Positions 39,390-49,787 are shown, counted from the stretch's first letter. The stretch is DNA of 64,000 nt from Gemmatimonadales bacterium (GCA_038321865.1 JBBQFH010000005.1:68694-132693), one strand, 5' to 3'. The notes: generated from the letters alone by a model not told the origin. Translations and numbers: made by a program.

Positions 39390-39866
39390 ATGTCCGAGAT
39401 TGCCACTGCCGCCCAGGGCGGGGACGCCGAGCGAATCCGCGAGATCCTGCAGCGCGACGCGGCGCTGGTGAACGCGCCGGGCGCCGATGGGTGGACGCCG
39501 CTCCACCTCGCGGCCTACTTCGGGCACCGGGAGGTTGCCGAGGTGCTGCTCTCGCACGGTGCGGACGTGGCCTCCGTTTCGACCAACGGCATGGCCAATC
39601 AGCCGCTGCACGCCGCGGTCGCCGGCGGACGGGCGGCGCTCGTCACCCTGCTCCTGGGCCATGGCGCTGACCCGAATGCTGCGCAGCACGGCGGATGGAC
39701 ACCGCTCCACGGTGCGGCCCAGCAGGGCGATGCCGAAATGGTTCGCATGCTCCTCGCCCACAACGCCGACGTCGAGGCGCTGAGTGACGACGGGCAGAAT
39801 GCCGTCGACCTCGCCGCGGCGCCCGGCCACAACGAGGTCGTCGACCTGCTCCGCCGGGCGCTCTGA
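39390..39866 (+). CDS. Ankyrin repeat protein
   Basis: Repeated GWTPLHxAA...LL.HGAD motifs. Confidence 0.9.
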   Translation: MSEIATAAQGGDAERIREILQRDAALVNAPGADGWTPLHLAAYFGHREVAEVLLSHGADVASVSTNGMANQPLHAAVAGGRAALVTLLLGHGADPNAAQHGGWTPLHGAAQQGDAEMVRMLLAHNADVEALSDDGQNAVDLAAAPGHNEVVDLLRRAL

Positions 39867-39867
39867 G

Positions 39868-40329
39868 TCAGCCTGATCCGCGCCGGCGGGCGGTCGGCGA
39901 ATAGGGCGATACCGACTGCGCGCCCGCGTCGCCGTTGAAGCAGTCTTCCACGATCCGCCCCTGCTGCTCCATCCCGTACGCTTCGAACGGCCTGCCATCC
40001 AGGACATACTGGTAGGGACCCGGCCCGTACCCGATGGTCAGGTGCAGCACGTCACGCACGCGGTCCGCGATGGCTCGCGCGTAATACGTCGGAGGTCCCC
40101 AGGCCTGATATTGCCCGCAGTGGGTGAGCTCGTGCGCCAGGAGCGCGACGCCCGCCGCACCGTCCGGCAGAAAGACATGGTTTCCCAGCGCCACGGCCCG
40201 CTGTCCGCTGAGCGCGAGCACCAGCCGCCGCTTCCAGTCGGCCGGGTCGCGGTGGACCTGGACCGCGTCGCAGTCCACCCCGTCGCACAGGCTGCCCAGC
40301 GCCTCCCGCTCCTCGCCCCGCAGCGTCAC
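39868..40329 (-). CDS. DUF4157-like HExxH domain protein
   Basis: ALGNHVF, LLAHELTHCGQ, GMEQQG. Confidence 0.7.
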   Translation of the reverse strand: MTLRGEEREALGSLCDGVDCDAVQVHRDPADWKRRLVLALSGQRAVALGNHVFLPDGAAGVALLAHELTHCGQYQAWGPPTYYARAIADRVRDVLHLTIGYGPGPYQYVLDGRPFEAYGMEQQGRIVEDCFNGDAGAQSVSPYSPTARRRGSG

Positions 40330-41486
40330 TTGCCCAGAAACTCCCCGATCGGTGCCAGCGTCTCGATGTGGTCACAGAAGATCTTGAAGGTGGCCAGCAG
40401 CGGCACCGCGATGAAGGCGCCTGGAATCCCCCAGATCCATAGCCAGAAGACCAGGCCGATGAAGATGGCGACCGGGTTCAGCGTGAGCCGGCGTCCCAGC
40501 ACCAGCGGTGACACGAAGTTGGCCTGGATGAAGTTCGTCGCGAGATAGATGGCGGCGGGCAGTAGCGAGTGTCCCAGGGTATCGAACGACACCAGGCCGG
40601 CGAACAGGAGGGTACCGACCATCGTCGCCGCACCGACGTAGGGGATGAACTCGAACAGCGCCACCAGCACGGCCCAGAGCGCCGCGTTGGGCAGGCCGAT
40701 CGCGAACAGCCCGACGCCGACCACGACGCCCTGCCCCACGTTGATCAGGGTCACGGTGAACAGGTAGGTCGAGATCGCCGCCTCGGTGTCCCGGGCGATG
40801 GCCACCGCGGTCTTCTTGTCCCGGAACTGCGGCAGCACCTTGATCAGCTTCTGCAGGAAGAGGTCGCCCGACGCGAGCAGGAAGTACAGCAGGATCATGA
40901 CTTCGAGAAATCCGGTGAGGATCTCCCGCGTGGTGCCGACCAGCTTGGACGTGAGGCTCGGGCCCTTGATCTCCACCTGCTGGGTCTTGGGGCCGCTCGT
41001 CTGCGTCGCGTCGGCCACCCGGTTGGCCGTGTTGCTCATCTGCTCGATCGGACGCCGGATCGCGCGGATCCGTTCCTGCACCTTCGCCATGCTCGCCGGC
41101 GCGGACGCGATCCACCCCTGGGCCGGTCCGCTCAGCTCGTACGCGCCGAATCCGATGCCGCCGATCAGACCGAGCACGACGATTCCCGCCCCGAGCGGTG
41201 TCGGAATGCGCAGCCGTTTCATCCCCCGGATCACGGGGCTGAAGAGAAAGTCGAGCAGGATGGCGAGCAGGATCGGCAGGATGAAGGCGCGCGCGAAGTA
41301 GAGGGTGTAGAAGAGCGCCAGTACCAGGAGTCCGGTGATCGCCAGCGAGCGGACCTCGATCTCGGCCCGCAACGCATCGCCCATCTTTCGCAGATCGGTA
41401 TCCTGCCCGCTTGCCGTCGTGGCCTGCGCGCGCGGATCCACGTCCGGCGTGAGCACCGAACCGGCTGACACCTTCGGCTCATCCAT
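40326..41486 (-). CDS. AI-2E family transporter
   Basis: FIPYVG, PLVLGRRLTLNP, WGIPGAFIAVP. Confidence 0.9.
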   Translation of the reverse strand: MDEPKVSAGSVLTPDVDPRAQATTASGQDTDLRKMGDALRAEIEVRSLAITGLLVLALFYTLYFARAFILPILLAILLDFLFSPVIRGMKRLRIPTPLGAGIVVLGLIGGIGFGAYELSGPAQGWIASAPASMAKVQERIRAIRRPIEQMSNTANRVADATQTSGPKTQQVEIKGPSLTSKLVGTTREILTGFLEVMILLYFLLASGDLFLQKLIKVLPQFRDKKTAVAIARDTEAAISTYLFTVTLINVGQGVVVGVGLFAIGLPNAALWAVLVALFEFIPYVGAATMVGTLLFAGLVSFDTLGHSLLPAAIYLATNFIQANFVSPLVLGRRLTLNPVAIFIGLVFWLWIWGIPGAFIAVPLLATFKIFCDHIETLAPIGEFLGK

Positions 41487-41633
41487 GAACAGGAGTCCTC
41501 TCGGGTTGGTAAGTGACGTCGCGGAACCCTTGTCGGGTCCGGTGAGGGGTGGCTAAGGTTACGCCGGCTGCCCCCACTGGTCTGTGCGCTGGCACACTAC
41601 GTTCACCCCACACTCCGGACGGGATCTGGCCGA

Positions 41634-42383
41634 ATGGCGGACCTCTCGCGCTCCCTCATGTCGATCTGGACCTGGGCCGTCCTCGTCATCTGCATCCTCA
41701 TTTTTCTGCCGATCATGTTCCTGACTCGCCTGGCCACGGCGGCCTTCGATCCCGGCCGCTACGCCGTGGGGCGCATGTTCCGGTCGATCGGTATCGTCAC
41801 CGCCCGCCTCAATCCGCTCTGGCATTTCCGGCACACCGGGGTCGTCATCACCGATCCGCGCCGGCCCTATGTCGTCGTGTCGAATCATGAATCCTTCGCC
41901 GACATCCTCCTGATCAGCCATCTGCCATGGGAGATGAAATGGCTCTCGAAAGCCGAGCTGTTCCGCCTGCCGCTGCTCGGCTGGATGATGGCGCTCGCCG
42001 GCGATATCCCGGTGCGCCGCGGCGTCGGACCCAGCGCCATCGAAGCGATGGAGCGCTGCAAGGACGTGCTGAAGCGGCGCGTGTCCGTCATGATTTTCCC
42101 TGAAGGCACCCGCTCGGCCACCGGACGCATGCTTCCGTTCAAGGACGGCGCCTTTCGGCTGGCGGTCGAGATGGGCGTTCCGGTATTGCCGCTGGTGGTG
42201 GCCGGTACCGGCACCGCGCTTCCCAAGAAGGGGTGGCGGATGGGCCGGTGCGTCGCCGAAGTCCGCGTGCTCGAACCGATCTCGACCGAGGGACTCACCC
42301 TGGCCGACGTCGCGCGGCTGCGCAATCGGGTACGCAATCTCATCGAGCAGACCCGGGCGACCATGCCCGCCATCGCGCCTTAA
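41634..42383 (+). CDS. plsC: 1-acyl-sn-glycerol-3-phosphate acyltransferase family
   Basis: NHESFAD (HX4D), FPEGTRS, FKDGAF. Confidence 0.88.
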   Translation: MADLSRSLMSIWTWAVLVICILIFLPIMFLTRLATAAFDPGRYAVGRMFRSIGIVTARLNPLWHFRHTGVVITDPRRPYVVVSNHESFADILLISHLPWEMKWLSKAELFRLPLLGWMMALAGDIPVRRGVGPSAIEAMERCKDVLKRRVSVMIFPEGTRSATGRMLPFKDGAFRLAVEMGVPVLPLVVAGTGTALPKKGWRMGRCVAEVRVLEPISTEGLTLADVARLRNRVRNLIEQTRATMPAIAP

Positions 42384-43306
42384 CGCCGAAACGCCTTGCC
42401 GAGATCTTCCGGCGCTCGCGTGCGCCGGATCGCGCCGGCCAGCGCCAGCAGGGTGAGTAGGTACGGCAGCATGAGGAAGAGCTGATACGGCACCGGAAGC
42501 CCCGCCGCCTGGAACAGGTACTGCAGCGCGGTCGCGGCGCCGAACAGCAGCGAGGCAAGCAGCACGCCGCCCGGCCTCCACCCGCCCAGCACCACGATGG
42601 CGATCGCCACGAACCCCCGGCCGACCGTCATGCGCTCGGTGAAGGTGCCCACCTGCGCCAGTACCAGCGTCGCGCCGGCCATGCCCGCGAACGCACCCCC
42701 CAAGAGGGTCGCGCCAACCCGGATTGCCCGCACCCGCACGCCCGACGCGCGCGCGGCGATCGCGCCTTCCCCCGACGCCCGGAGCGATAGCCCGGTGCGC
42801 GTCCGGTAGAGCAGCCACCAGACGGCCGGCACTGCCGCCAGGGCGAGGTAGGTCATCACCGGCTGGAGGAACAGCGCCTCGCCCACGAGCGGGATGCGCG
42901 CCAGCACCGGCACGCGCATCACGCCGAATGTCGGGATCGAGAGCCCGGCTCCCGCGCTGCCGAAGGCCACCCGGTAGATCCCTCCCGTCAGTCCGACCGA
43001 GCCGAGCGTAACGGCGGTGCCCGTGATCACCTGATCGGCGCCGGCGCCGATCGCCACCGCAGCGAACACCGCGGCCAGCGCCACACCCGCCAGGAGACCG
43101 GCGAGCAGCCCGACCCATGGCCCGCCCGCGGAGGCCCCGATGGCGGACGCGAGTGCGCCGCCGAGCATCGCGCCCTCGATGCCGAGATTGATGACCCCCG
43201 AGCGCTCGGCGACCAGCTCGCCGGTGGCGGCGAGCAGCAGTGGCGTCGCCACCCGCACGGCGGCGGCGAGGAAGCCGGCGATGAGAATCGTGAGCGGAGC
43301 CGTCAT
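42380..43306 (-). CDS. ABC transporter permease (nucleoside/simple-sugar type)
   Basis: ERSGVINLGIEG, GRGFVAIA, MLPYLLT. Confidence 0.9.
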   Translation of the reverse strand: MTAPLTILIAGFLAAAVRVATPLLLAATGELVAERSGVINLGIEGAMLGGALASAIGASAGGPWVGLLAGLLAGVALAAVFAAVAIGAGADQVITGTAVTLGSVGLTGGIYRVAFGSAGAGLSIPTFGVMRVPVLARIPLVGEALFLQPVMTYLALAAVPAVWWLLYRTRTGLSLRASGEGAIAARASGVRVRAIRVGATLLGGAFAGMAGATLVLAQVGTFTERMTVGRGFVAIAIVVLGGWRPGGVLLASLLFGAATALQYLFQAAGLPVPYQLFLMLPYLLTLLALAGAIRRTRAPEDLGKAFRR

Positions 43307-44316
43307 GCGTGGCGCCGCCGTGCGCTCGCGTCGGCCAGCAGAATGACGATGATGATCACCGCTTCCACCAGGTAGACGGCGACCGCCGGCACCCCGGCTT
43401 CCCGCTGCATACCGCCGGCCCCGGCTTCGAGCGCGCCGAACAGAATGCCGGTGAGGATGATCACCGGCGGATTCAGCCGCGCCAGGAGCGCAACCGCAAT
43501 CGCGGTGAAGCCGTAGCCGGGCGAGAGATTGGGATACAGCGCATACGAGACCCCGGTCACCTCGATGCCGCCGGCCAGCCCCGCGATCGCACCCGACCAG
43601 ACCAGGGCTATCGCGGTCAGCCGGGGCACGTCCACCCGCCCGCTCACCCGCGCCGCCTGCGGGCCGAGTCCTGCGGCGCGGAGCCGGAACCCCCACAGCG
43701 TGCGCGCCTGCACGTACCATAGTGCGCCCGCAAGCGCCAGCGCCGCGAGGATTCCGGCGTGCAGTCTCGTGCCCGGCAGCGTCGGGAGGCGGGCGGCCAG
43801 CGCGATCGGCTCGCTCTGGGGATAAACGTGAGTGTGCTCCTGCAGCGGCCCCTGCACCATGAGGCTCACCAGAGCTTCCGCGACGAAGTTGAGGAGCAGC
43901 GTGGTGATGACTTCGAGCACGCCGAACCGGAAGCGCAGCACCACCGGCACCGCGATCCACAGCGCCCCGGCGGCCAGCGACACGGCCCACACGATGGGGA
44001 TGGCGAGTGCCGGTGGCCAACCGGCCGCGAGCGTGCCCAGCCATGCGGCCGCGATCGCCCCGGCGTAGAACTGCCCCTCGGCGCCGATGTTCAGCGCGCC
44101 GCCCCTCAGGGCGAGCGCAAACCCGAGCCCGATCAGCACCAGCGGGGTCGCCCGCACCAGCGTCGCCGACGCGAACGTGTCCCACGATCCGAACGCACCC
44201 CGCCACAGTGCGCCCAGGGCGAGCCCCGCGTCGTACCCGGCGAGCGCCAGGCCGGCGGCCAGCACGACCAGACCCACGCTGATCGCCGCGCCAGCCGTGA
44301 GCGCGCCGCGCTTCAT
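43303..44316 (-). CDS. ABC transporter permease (nucleoside/simple-sugar type)
   Basis: LNIGAEGQ, EVITTLLLN, GYGFTAIAVALL. Confidence 0.9.
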   Translation of the reverse strand: MKRGALTAGAAISVGLVVLAAGLALAGYDAGLALGALWRGAFGSWDTFASATLVRATPLVLIGLGFALALRGGALNIGAEGQFYAGAIAAAWLGTLAAGWPPALAIPIVWAVSLAAGALWIAVPVVLRFRFGVLEVITTLLLNFVAEALVSLMVQGPLQEHTHVYPQSEPIALAARLPTLPGTRLHAGILAALALAGALWYVQARTLWGFRLRAAGLGPQAARVSGRVDVPRLTAIALVWSGAIAGLAGGIEVTGVSYALYPNLSPGYGFTAIAVALLARLNPPVIILTGILFGALEAGAGGMQREAGVPAVAVYLVEAVIIIVILLADASARRRHA

Positions 44317-45773
44317 GACCCGCCGGAAACCATCAACGACCCGATCTCGGCCTTGCCCGCACCGGCCGGAGCCTCCACCACACGTCCTCCACCTGCCACC
44401 AGCACGCGATCCGCCAGATCGAGCACTTCATCGAGGTCGCTCGACGAGAACAGCACCGCGGCGCCCCGATCCGCCGCCCCCCGGAGCCGCGCGTGGACGT
44501 CGCCGGCGGCGCGGAGGTCGAGGCCGCGCGTCGGGTTTTCCGCGACGAGGACGCGGGGTGCCCGCTCGAGCGCGCGCGCCACCACGACCTTCTGCTGGTT
44601 CCCGCCGCTCAGGCTTCCGGCAGGAGCCGCGGGCCCCGCTGCGCGGATGTCAAACAGCTCGATGACTTCCGCCATGCGCGCGCGCGCCTCGGGCCAACTC
44701 ACCCGCCCCCCGCGGATCCACGGCGCGTCCGTCCCGAGACCCAGCACGAAGTTTTCCGTCAGTGTCATGTCGGGGATGAGCCCTTCCGTCGTGCGATCCT
44801 CCGGCACGAACGCAACCGGCCCGGTCACCTCCAGCGTACCATCGACGACACTCCCGACCCCGGCTATCGCGCGGAGCAGCTCCCGCTGCCCATTTCCCTC
44901 TACGCCGGCGACCCCCACGATCTCACCCGAGCGAACCTCCAGCGATTCCACGAACAGCACCTGCCCTCGTCTGCCTTCCCGATCGAGCCTCAGGGAGCGC
45001 GCCTGCACCTGCACTTGGCCAGAGCTCCGCGCGGATGGCCGCGCAGGCGCGGCCTGAAGGGTCCCGCCGATCATGGCGCCGGCGAGCGCGACGGCAGTCT
45101 GCGCCCCCGCGGCGCCGCTCAGTACGACCGTGCCACGGCGAAGTACCGTCACCTGGTCTGCGACGACGAGCGCTTCATCAAGCTTGTGCGTGATCAGGAC
45201 GACCGCGTTTCCGGCCTCCGCGAAGCGCCGGACCATGCGCAGCAGCTCCTCGACTTCGGCCGGCGCCAGCACGGCGGTCGGCTCGTCGAGCAGCAGGATC
45301 CGTGCATCGGCCGCCAGCGCTTTCACGATTTCGAGCCGCTGCTTCAGCGCGACGGTGAGCGATTCGACGCGTGCGTCAGGATCGAGCGCGAGCCCGGTGC
45401 GGCCGGTCAGTGCATCTACCCGCGCCCGAAGCCTGGCGGGTTGCACCGGCCAGCCCGCGGCGAGCGCGATGTTCTCGGCGACCGTCAGTGACGGAATCGA
45501 CGTGAAGTGCTGATGGACCATGCCGATCCCGAGCGCGCGCGCGTCCCGGGGCGAGCTGGGGAGGTGGGGTGCGCCGAAGACGCGCACGTCGCCGCCGTCG
45601 GGGCGGAGCATGCCGTACGCGATGTGCATGAGCGTCGACTTGCCGGCTCCGTTTTCCCCGATCAGGGCGTGCACCTCCCCGCCATTGACCGTGAGATCGA
45701 CTCCGCCGAGCGCCTGCACCGTGCCGAATCGTTTTGTGATGCCGCGCAGCTCGAGCGCGGGTGCGCCGGTCAC
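44313..45773 (-). CDS. ABC transporter ATP-binding protein (tandem domains)
   Basis: GENGAGKSTL, LDEPT, LSGGNQQK. Confidence 0.92.
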   Translation of the reverse strand: MTGAPALELRGITKRFGTVQALGGVDLTVNGGEVHALIGENGAGKSTLMHIAYGMLRPDGGDVRVFGAPHLPSSPRDARALGIGMVHQHFTSIPSLTVAENIALAAGWPVQPARLRARVDALTGRTGLALDPDARVESLTVALKQRLEIVKALAADARILLLDEPTAVLAPAEVEELLRMVRRFAEAGNAVVLITHKLDEALVVADQVTVLRRGTVVLSGAAGAQTAVALAGAMIGGTLQAAPARPSARSSGQVQVQARSLRLDREGRRGQVLFVESLEVRSGEIVGVAGVEGNGQRELLRAIAGVGSVVDGTLEVTGPVAFVPEDRTTEGLIPDMTLTENFVLGLGTDAPWIRGGRVSWPEARARMAEVIELFDIRAAGPAAPAGSLSGGNQQKVVVARALERAPRVLVAENPTRGLDLRAAGDVHARLRGAADRGAAVLFSSSDLDEVLDLADRVLVAGGGRVVEAPAGAGKAEIGSLMVSGGS

Positions 45774-46597
45774 AGGCCGGTGGGGTGGTCGTGAAAGTCC
45801 CAGGGAAGGTCAAACCGTTCGGAGAGGTGCGAGGCGAGCGCCTGCACGCCCAGGGTTTCGGTGGCGTAGTGGCCGGCGTACAGCAGGTTGATCCCCCACT
45901 CGATCGCGTCGAAGTAGGTGTGGTGGGCACCTTCGCCGGTGATGAATGTGTCGAGCCCGGCCTCGCGGGCGGCGGCCACCATCGACCCGGCGCCTCCCGT
46001 GATGATCCCTACTTTCGCGACACGATCCGGCCCACCCGGCACGAGGAGCGGGCCCGGCGGCGCCGTGGTCACCGCACGGCCAAGCTCGGTGCGCAGGCTC
46101 TCGCGCTGGCTCAGACGCGGCGGCACATGGCCCCAGACCCCGATCGGAATACCCCGCGCGTTGCCGAACCACCCCTCGACCGTGATGCCGAGCCGCTCTG
46201 CCAGCACCACGTTGTTGCCGACCACCGGATGCACGTCCAGCGGAATGTGCGCCGAATAGAGCGCGATGTCGTGCTCGAGGAGCGCGCTCAGGCGCCGGTA
46301 CCGCCGGCCTGTGACCGGCAGGTTGCCATCCCAGAGGAGGCCGTGATGGGTCAGGATGAGCGGCGGTCCCCCGTCCGAGGGGCCCACGGCGAGCTCCTCC
46401 TCGATGACGCCGTCGATGGTGGCCTGGGACGCGTCCACGGCTGCCACAATGCTGCCGATGCGCCCGCTGTTCTCGACCTGTAGCCCGTTCTGCGCACCCG
46501 GATCGTCGGGCACGTCGCGGACGCGCAGGTACTCGTCCAGATAGGTGACGATCTCGTGCAGCGGGACACTGGCCCCGGTTCCACCAGGCCCACTCAT
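45770..46597 (-). CDS. Nif3/DUF34 dinuclear metal-centre protein
   Basis: NGLQVE, THHGL, HIPLD, GHYATE. Confidence 0.9.
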   Translation of the reverse strand: MSGPGGTGASVPLHEIVTYLDEYLRVRDVPDDPGAQNGLQVENSGRIGSIVAAVDASQATIDGVIEEELAVGPSDGGPPLILTHHGLLWDGNLPVTGRRYRRLSALLEHDIALYSAHIPLDVHPVVGNNVVLAERLGITVEGWFGNARGIPIGVWGHVPPRLSQRESLRTELGRAVTTAPPGPLLVPGGPDRVAKVGIITGGAGSMVAAAREAGLDTFITGEGAHHTYFDAIEWGINLLYAGHYATETLGVQALASHLSERFDLPWDFHDHPTGL

Positions 46598-47571
46598 GGG
46601 ACCGCCTTCAGCGTGCCGGCCCTGAGCCCCCGTTCGGCTTGCGCCAGGCGGGCGGCGAGCGGCGGAGGGATCAGCGTGTCGAGTGCCGAATTCGGAACAT
46701 ATTTCACGACGTCGCTCGCGATGCCGAACGACTCGGCGCGTGAAATGAATCGCGCTTCCTTTACCTCGCGGGCTATCAATAGAAAGGCGTGCGGCAGGTT
46801 GATCACCGCCGACCCGATGACGTGGTCGGGGGCCAGCGCAGACTGATCCGCATTGGCACCGAAGATATAGACGCTCGGCGTCTGCTTCACCGCCTGGAAG
46901 ACTCCGAGCGCTGCGGCATCGGCGTTGTGATGGAACATGTCCGCCCCTGCACGGATAAGCGCCAGCGCAGCTTCGCGGCCTGCGGCGGGATCGTCCCAGG
47001 TGTTGAGATAGGTGACCCGGGTCTGCACCCTCGGGTTGGCGGCCCTCGCCCCGTTGACCCAGCCATCGTATGCGCGCTTCACGGGCGGCAGTTCCACCCC
47101 GCCGACAAAGGCGATGATTCCGGACCTCGTCAGCCCCCCCGCCACCAGACCGGCGAGATAGCTCGCATCTTCGAGTCGAAACACCAGGGGCACCACGTTG
47201 CCCTTCGCCCGCTCGCCCGAGGTCACGACGAAAATCGTTTTGGGGTACGATACGGCCACCCGCTCGGCCGCGGCCTGGAATTCGTAGCCGTGAGCGAAGA
47301 TGAGTTGGTAGCCCTCACGGGCATAGGTGCGAAGCGCGTCCTCCTGCTCGGCCGGCGTGCGGGCCTCGACATTGCTGATCTTCGCAGCCAGCGAGTCACG
47401 CACGGCCGTGAGCCCGGCGTACGCGCCCGAATTCCAGGCGGCGTCGCTGATGGATCCCGGCGTGATCAAGGCGACGCTGAACCCATCCCGTGGCACATTG
47501 GGACGTCCGGAGCAGCCCAGAAGAGCCACATAGAACACAGTAAAGCGCCAATTATACGCCAGTGAGGCCAT
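46594..47571 (-). CDS. BMP family ABC substrate-binding lipoprotein
   Basis: Lipobox LLGC; DAAWN, SYLAG, WDDPAAG. Confidence 0.88.
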   Translation of the reverse strand: MASLAYNWRFTVFYVALLGCSGRPNVPRDGFSVALITPGSISDAAWNSGAYAGLTAVRDSLAAKISNVEARTPAEQEDALRTYAREGYQLIFAHGYEFQAAAERVAVSYPKTIFVVTSGERAKGNVVPLVFRLEDASYLAGLVAGGLTRSGIIAFVGGVELPPVKRAYDGWVNGARAANPRVQTRVTYLNTWDDPAAGREAALALIRAGADMFHHNADAAALGVFQAVKQTPSVYIFGANADQSALAPDHVIGSAVINLPHAFLLIAREVKEARFISRAESFGIASDVVKYVPNSALDTLIPPPLAARLAQAERGLRAGTLKAVP

Positions 47572-47622
47572 TATTGGGGGCCTGGTTCGCGGTGTCAGCT
47601 TACTATTCAGATCACGAATCGG

Positions 47623-48096
47623 TCACAAGGCAAGTGTTTCCACAGACTTGTAAGACTTCTCAACGTGCGGGGCCCGAATCGGGCTGTCTGCGAGCGTGCT
47701 GATCTCCATCCGAACCGCCCCACTGAGCCGGCCGCCCTCGAGAATCGCGATCCGCGGCGTATGCACGTCCCCCACGACCGCGGCGCTTGCCTGTAGCTCC
47801 ACTCGTTCCGAAGCATGAATCGCCCCGTGCACTTCCCCGGCGACTACCGCCTCCCGTGTATGCAGCTCGCCCTGGACGATTGCGCCCGGGGATACCAGGA
47901 CCTGTGAGCCCGCGCGGATATTGCCGGTGACGCGCCCTTCCACCTTCACGACGCCATCGGTGTCCAGATCGCCGTTGACGGTCATGTCCTTCGCCACGAT
48001 CGAGAGTGCCATGCCGTCCGAGCGCCGCCGGTTCGGCGCCGGCTCGGTCACGGCGGTCGTGGGCGTTTCGCGCGAGCTGTTCGAGAAGATGGCCAT
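47623..48096 (-). CDS. Bactofilin (polymer-forming cytoskeletal protein)
   Basis: N-terminal MAIFS; beta-helix repeats V.G.V.G.I; GGAGG RBS. Confidence 0.88.
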   Translation of the reverse strand: MAIFSNSSRETPTTAVTEPAPNRRRSDGMALSIVAKDMTVNGDLDTDGVVKVEGRVTGNIRAGSQVLVSPGAIVQGELHTREAVVAGEVHGAIHASERVELQASAAVVGDVHTPRIAILEGGRLSGAVRMEISTLADSPIRAPHVEKSYKSVETLAL

Positions 48097-48897
48097 TCAG
48101 CGTCCCTCCTTCACCAGGATGAGCGGATCGATCGAACGTCCTCCGTGCCGTACCTCGAAGTGAAGGTGCGGCGCCGTCGAGCGCCCGGTATTTCCGGACA
48201 GGCCGAGCACGGTGCCGGGCTCGACAGTGTCCCCACGTGCCGCGATGATGCGCGAAAGATGTCCGTACATTGAGCGATAGCCCGACGGGTGGTCGACCAG
48301 CACAAATCGTCCGTACTCTGGATCCGAACCTGCCTCAGCCACCGTTCCACCGCCACTCGCGCGGACGGGCGTGCCGATGGGGACCGCGATATCGAGTCCG
48401 GGGTGCGACTCATCCGGAGTGCTGTCGCCGACTAGCCCACGTGTAATGAACCCAGGCTCATCAAGTGGCCAGTACCGGGGGACCGTCAGTCCGGTCCGGA
48501 ATCGTGGAGTGGCCAAGGGCGAGCGCGCGAGCACCGGAGGTGCGACGGGCAGATCGGTCGCCAACTCGACCGGGTCACGCACGATGTCGGCTCCGACCAT
48601 GCGGCGCACCTGGGCGTAATTGTGTTCCACGCTGTCGAGTGCGGCGGCCAGCCGCGCGACCTGGGCATTGTCGGTCTCGAGTCGCCGCACTTCGGCTTCG
48701 AGCCGCGGAACCCGCATCGCCGCCCGCGCCAGCGGCCCCACCATGACGAGGCCGATCATCACTCCGACGCCGATCAGCACCACCAGACCCACCAGGGCAC
48801 GAAATACCCAGAGCGGCAGGTGATAACTGAGCGAATCCGCCGCGCCGTCGTGATGCACCATCACGCTGACGTAGCGACGGCGCGCTGGAGGTTTCAT
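48097..48897 (-). CDS. M23 family metallopeptidase with TM and coiled coil
   Basis: HPGLDI, YGHL, STAPHLHFE. Confidence 0.9.
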   Translation of the reverse strand: MKPPARRRYVSVMVHHDGAADSLSYHLPLWVFRALVGLVVLIGVGVMIGLVMVGPLARAAMRVPRLEAEVRRLETDNAQVARLAAALDSVEHNYAQVRRMVGADIVRDPVELATDLPVAPPVLARSPLATPRFRTGLTVPRYWPLDEPGFITRGLVGDSTPDESHPGLDIAVPIGTPVRASGGGTVAEAGSDPEYGRFVLVDHPSGYRSMYGHLSRIIAARGDTVEPGTVLGLSGNTGRSTAPHLHFEVRHGGRSIDPLILVKEGR

Positions 48898-49787
48898 CCC
48901 GCGAAGGGCTCGCCGATGATCAGCTCGAGGAGCCGCGCAAGGTCATCGTTCGAGTAGTAACTGATGGAGACGAGGCCGCGGCCTTTCCGCTTGGCGGTCA
49001 CCCGCACGTCCGTGCCGAGCCGTTTCCGCAGCGCATCCTCGATCCGCCGCGCATCCGCGGTGGCCGCGTGAGGCTCCGGAGCCTTGCGCAGCCGCATGCC
49101 GCCCTTGAGCGGGGGCACGACGGGTCCGCCGCCGCGAACTCGCGCCTCGACGTCGCGCACCGAGAGGCCGTGTTCCACGGCTTCCTCGGCCAGCCGGATG
49201 GCGGCCGCCGGATCATCGAGGCCAAGCAGCGCCCGGGCGTGCCCTTCGGTCAGCTTCTCCTGGTGCACCAGCGCCTGGACCTCAGCCGGCAGGCGGAGCA
49301 GCCTAAGGCGATTGGCTACCGTCGGCCGGCTGCGTCCCACCATGCGCGCCACTTCGACCGACTGGATCCTGAACTCGTCCACGAGGCGCTGATATCCGAG
49401 TGCTTCGTCGATGGCGGAGAGGTCATGCCGCTGGAGGTTCTCGATCAGCGCGAGCGTCAGCAGCGTCTGGTTGTCAGCGTCCTTGATCACCGCGGGAATG
49501 GTGCGCCAGCCGAGGCGTTGCACCGCGCGCCAGCGGCGCTCGCCCGCGATGAGTTCGTAGCTGCCGTTCTGTGGCCGCACCACCACCGGCTGGAGAAGCC
49601 CGGACGCCTCGATCGACGCGGTCAGCTCGGCCAGCGCGGGCTCGTCGACTCTGGTCCGTGGCTGGTAGGGGTTCGGCCGGATACTCGATACCGGCAGCTC
49701 CTTCAGCGCACCGGAGGCGGCCGCCTGCTCGCGCGAGGTGGGGCCGAGCAGTGCCTCGAGCCCGCGTCCCAGCCGCTTCTCACTCAC
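48894..49787 (-). CDS. parB: Chromosome partitioning protein ParB
   Basis: LGRGLEALL, PNPYQPR, AGERRWRA, ENLQRHDL. Confidence 0.95.
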   Translation of the reverse strand: MSEKRLGRGLEALLGPTSREQAAASGALKELPVSSIRPNPYQPRTRVDEPALAELTASIEASGLLQPVVVRPQNGSYELIAGERRWRAVQRLGWRTIPAVIKDADNQTLLTLALIENLQRHDLSAIDEALGYQRLVDEFRIQSVEVARMVGRSRPTVANRLRLLRLPAEVQALVHQEKLTEGHARALLGLDDPAAAIRLAEEAVEHGLSVRDVEARVRGGGPVVPPLKGGMRLRKAPEPHAATADARRIEDALRKRLGTDVRVTAKRKGRGLVSISYYSNDDLARLLELIIGEPFAG

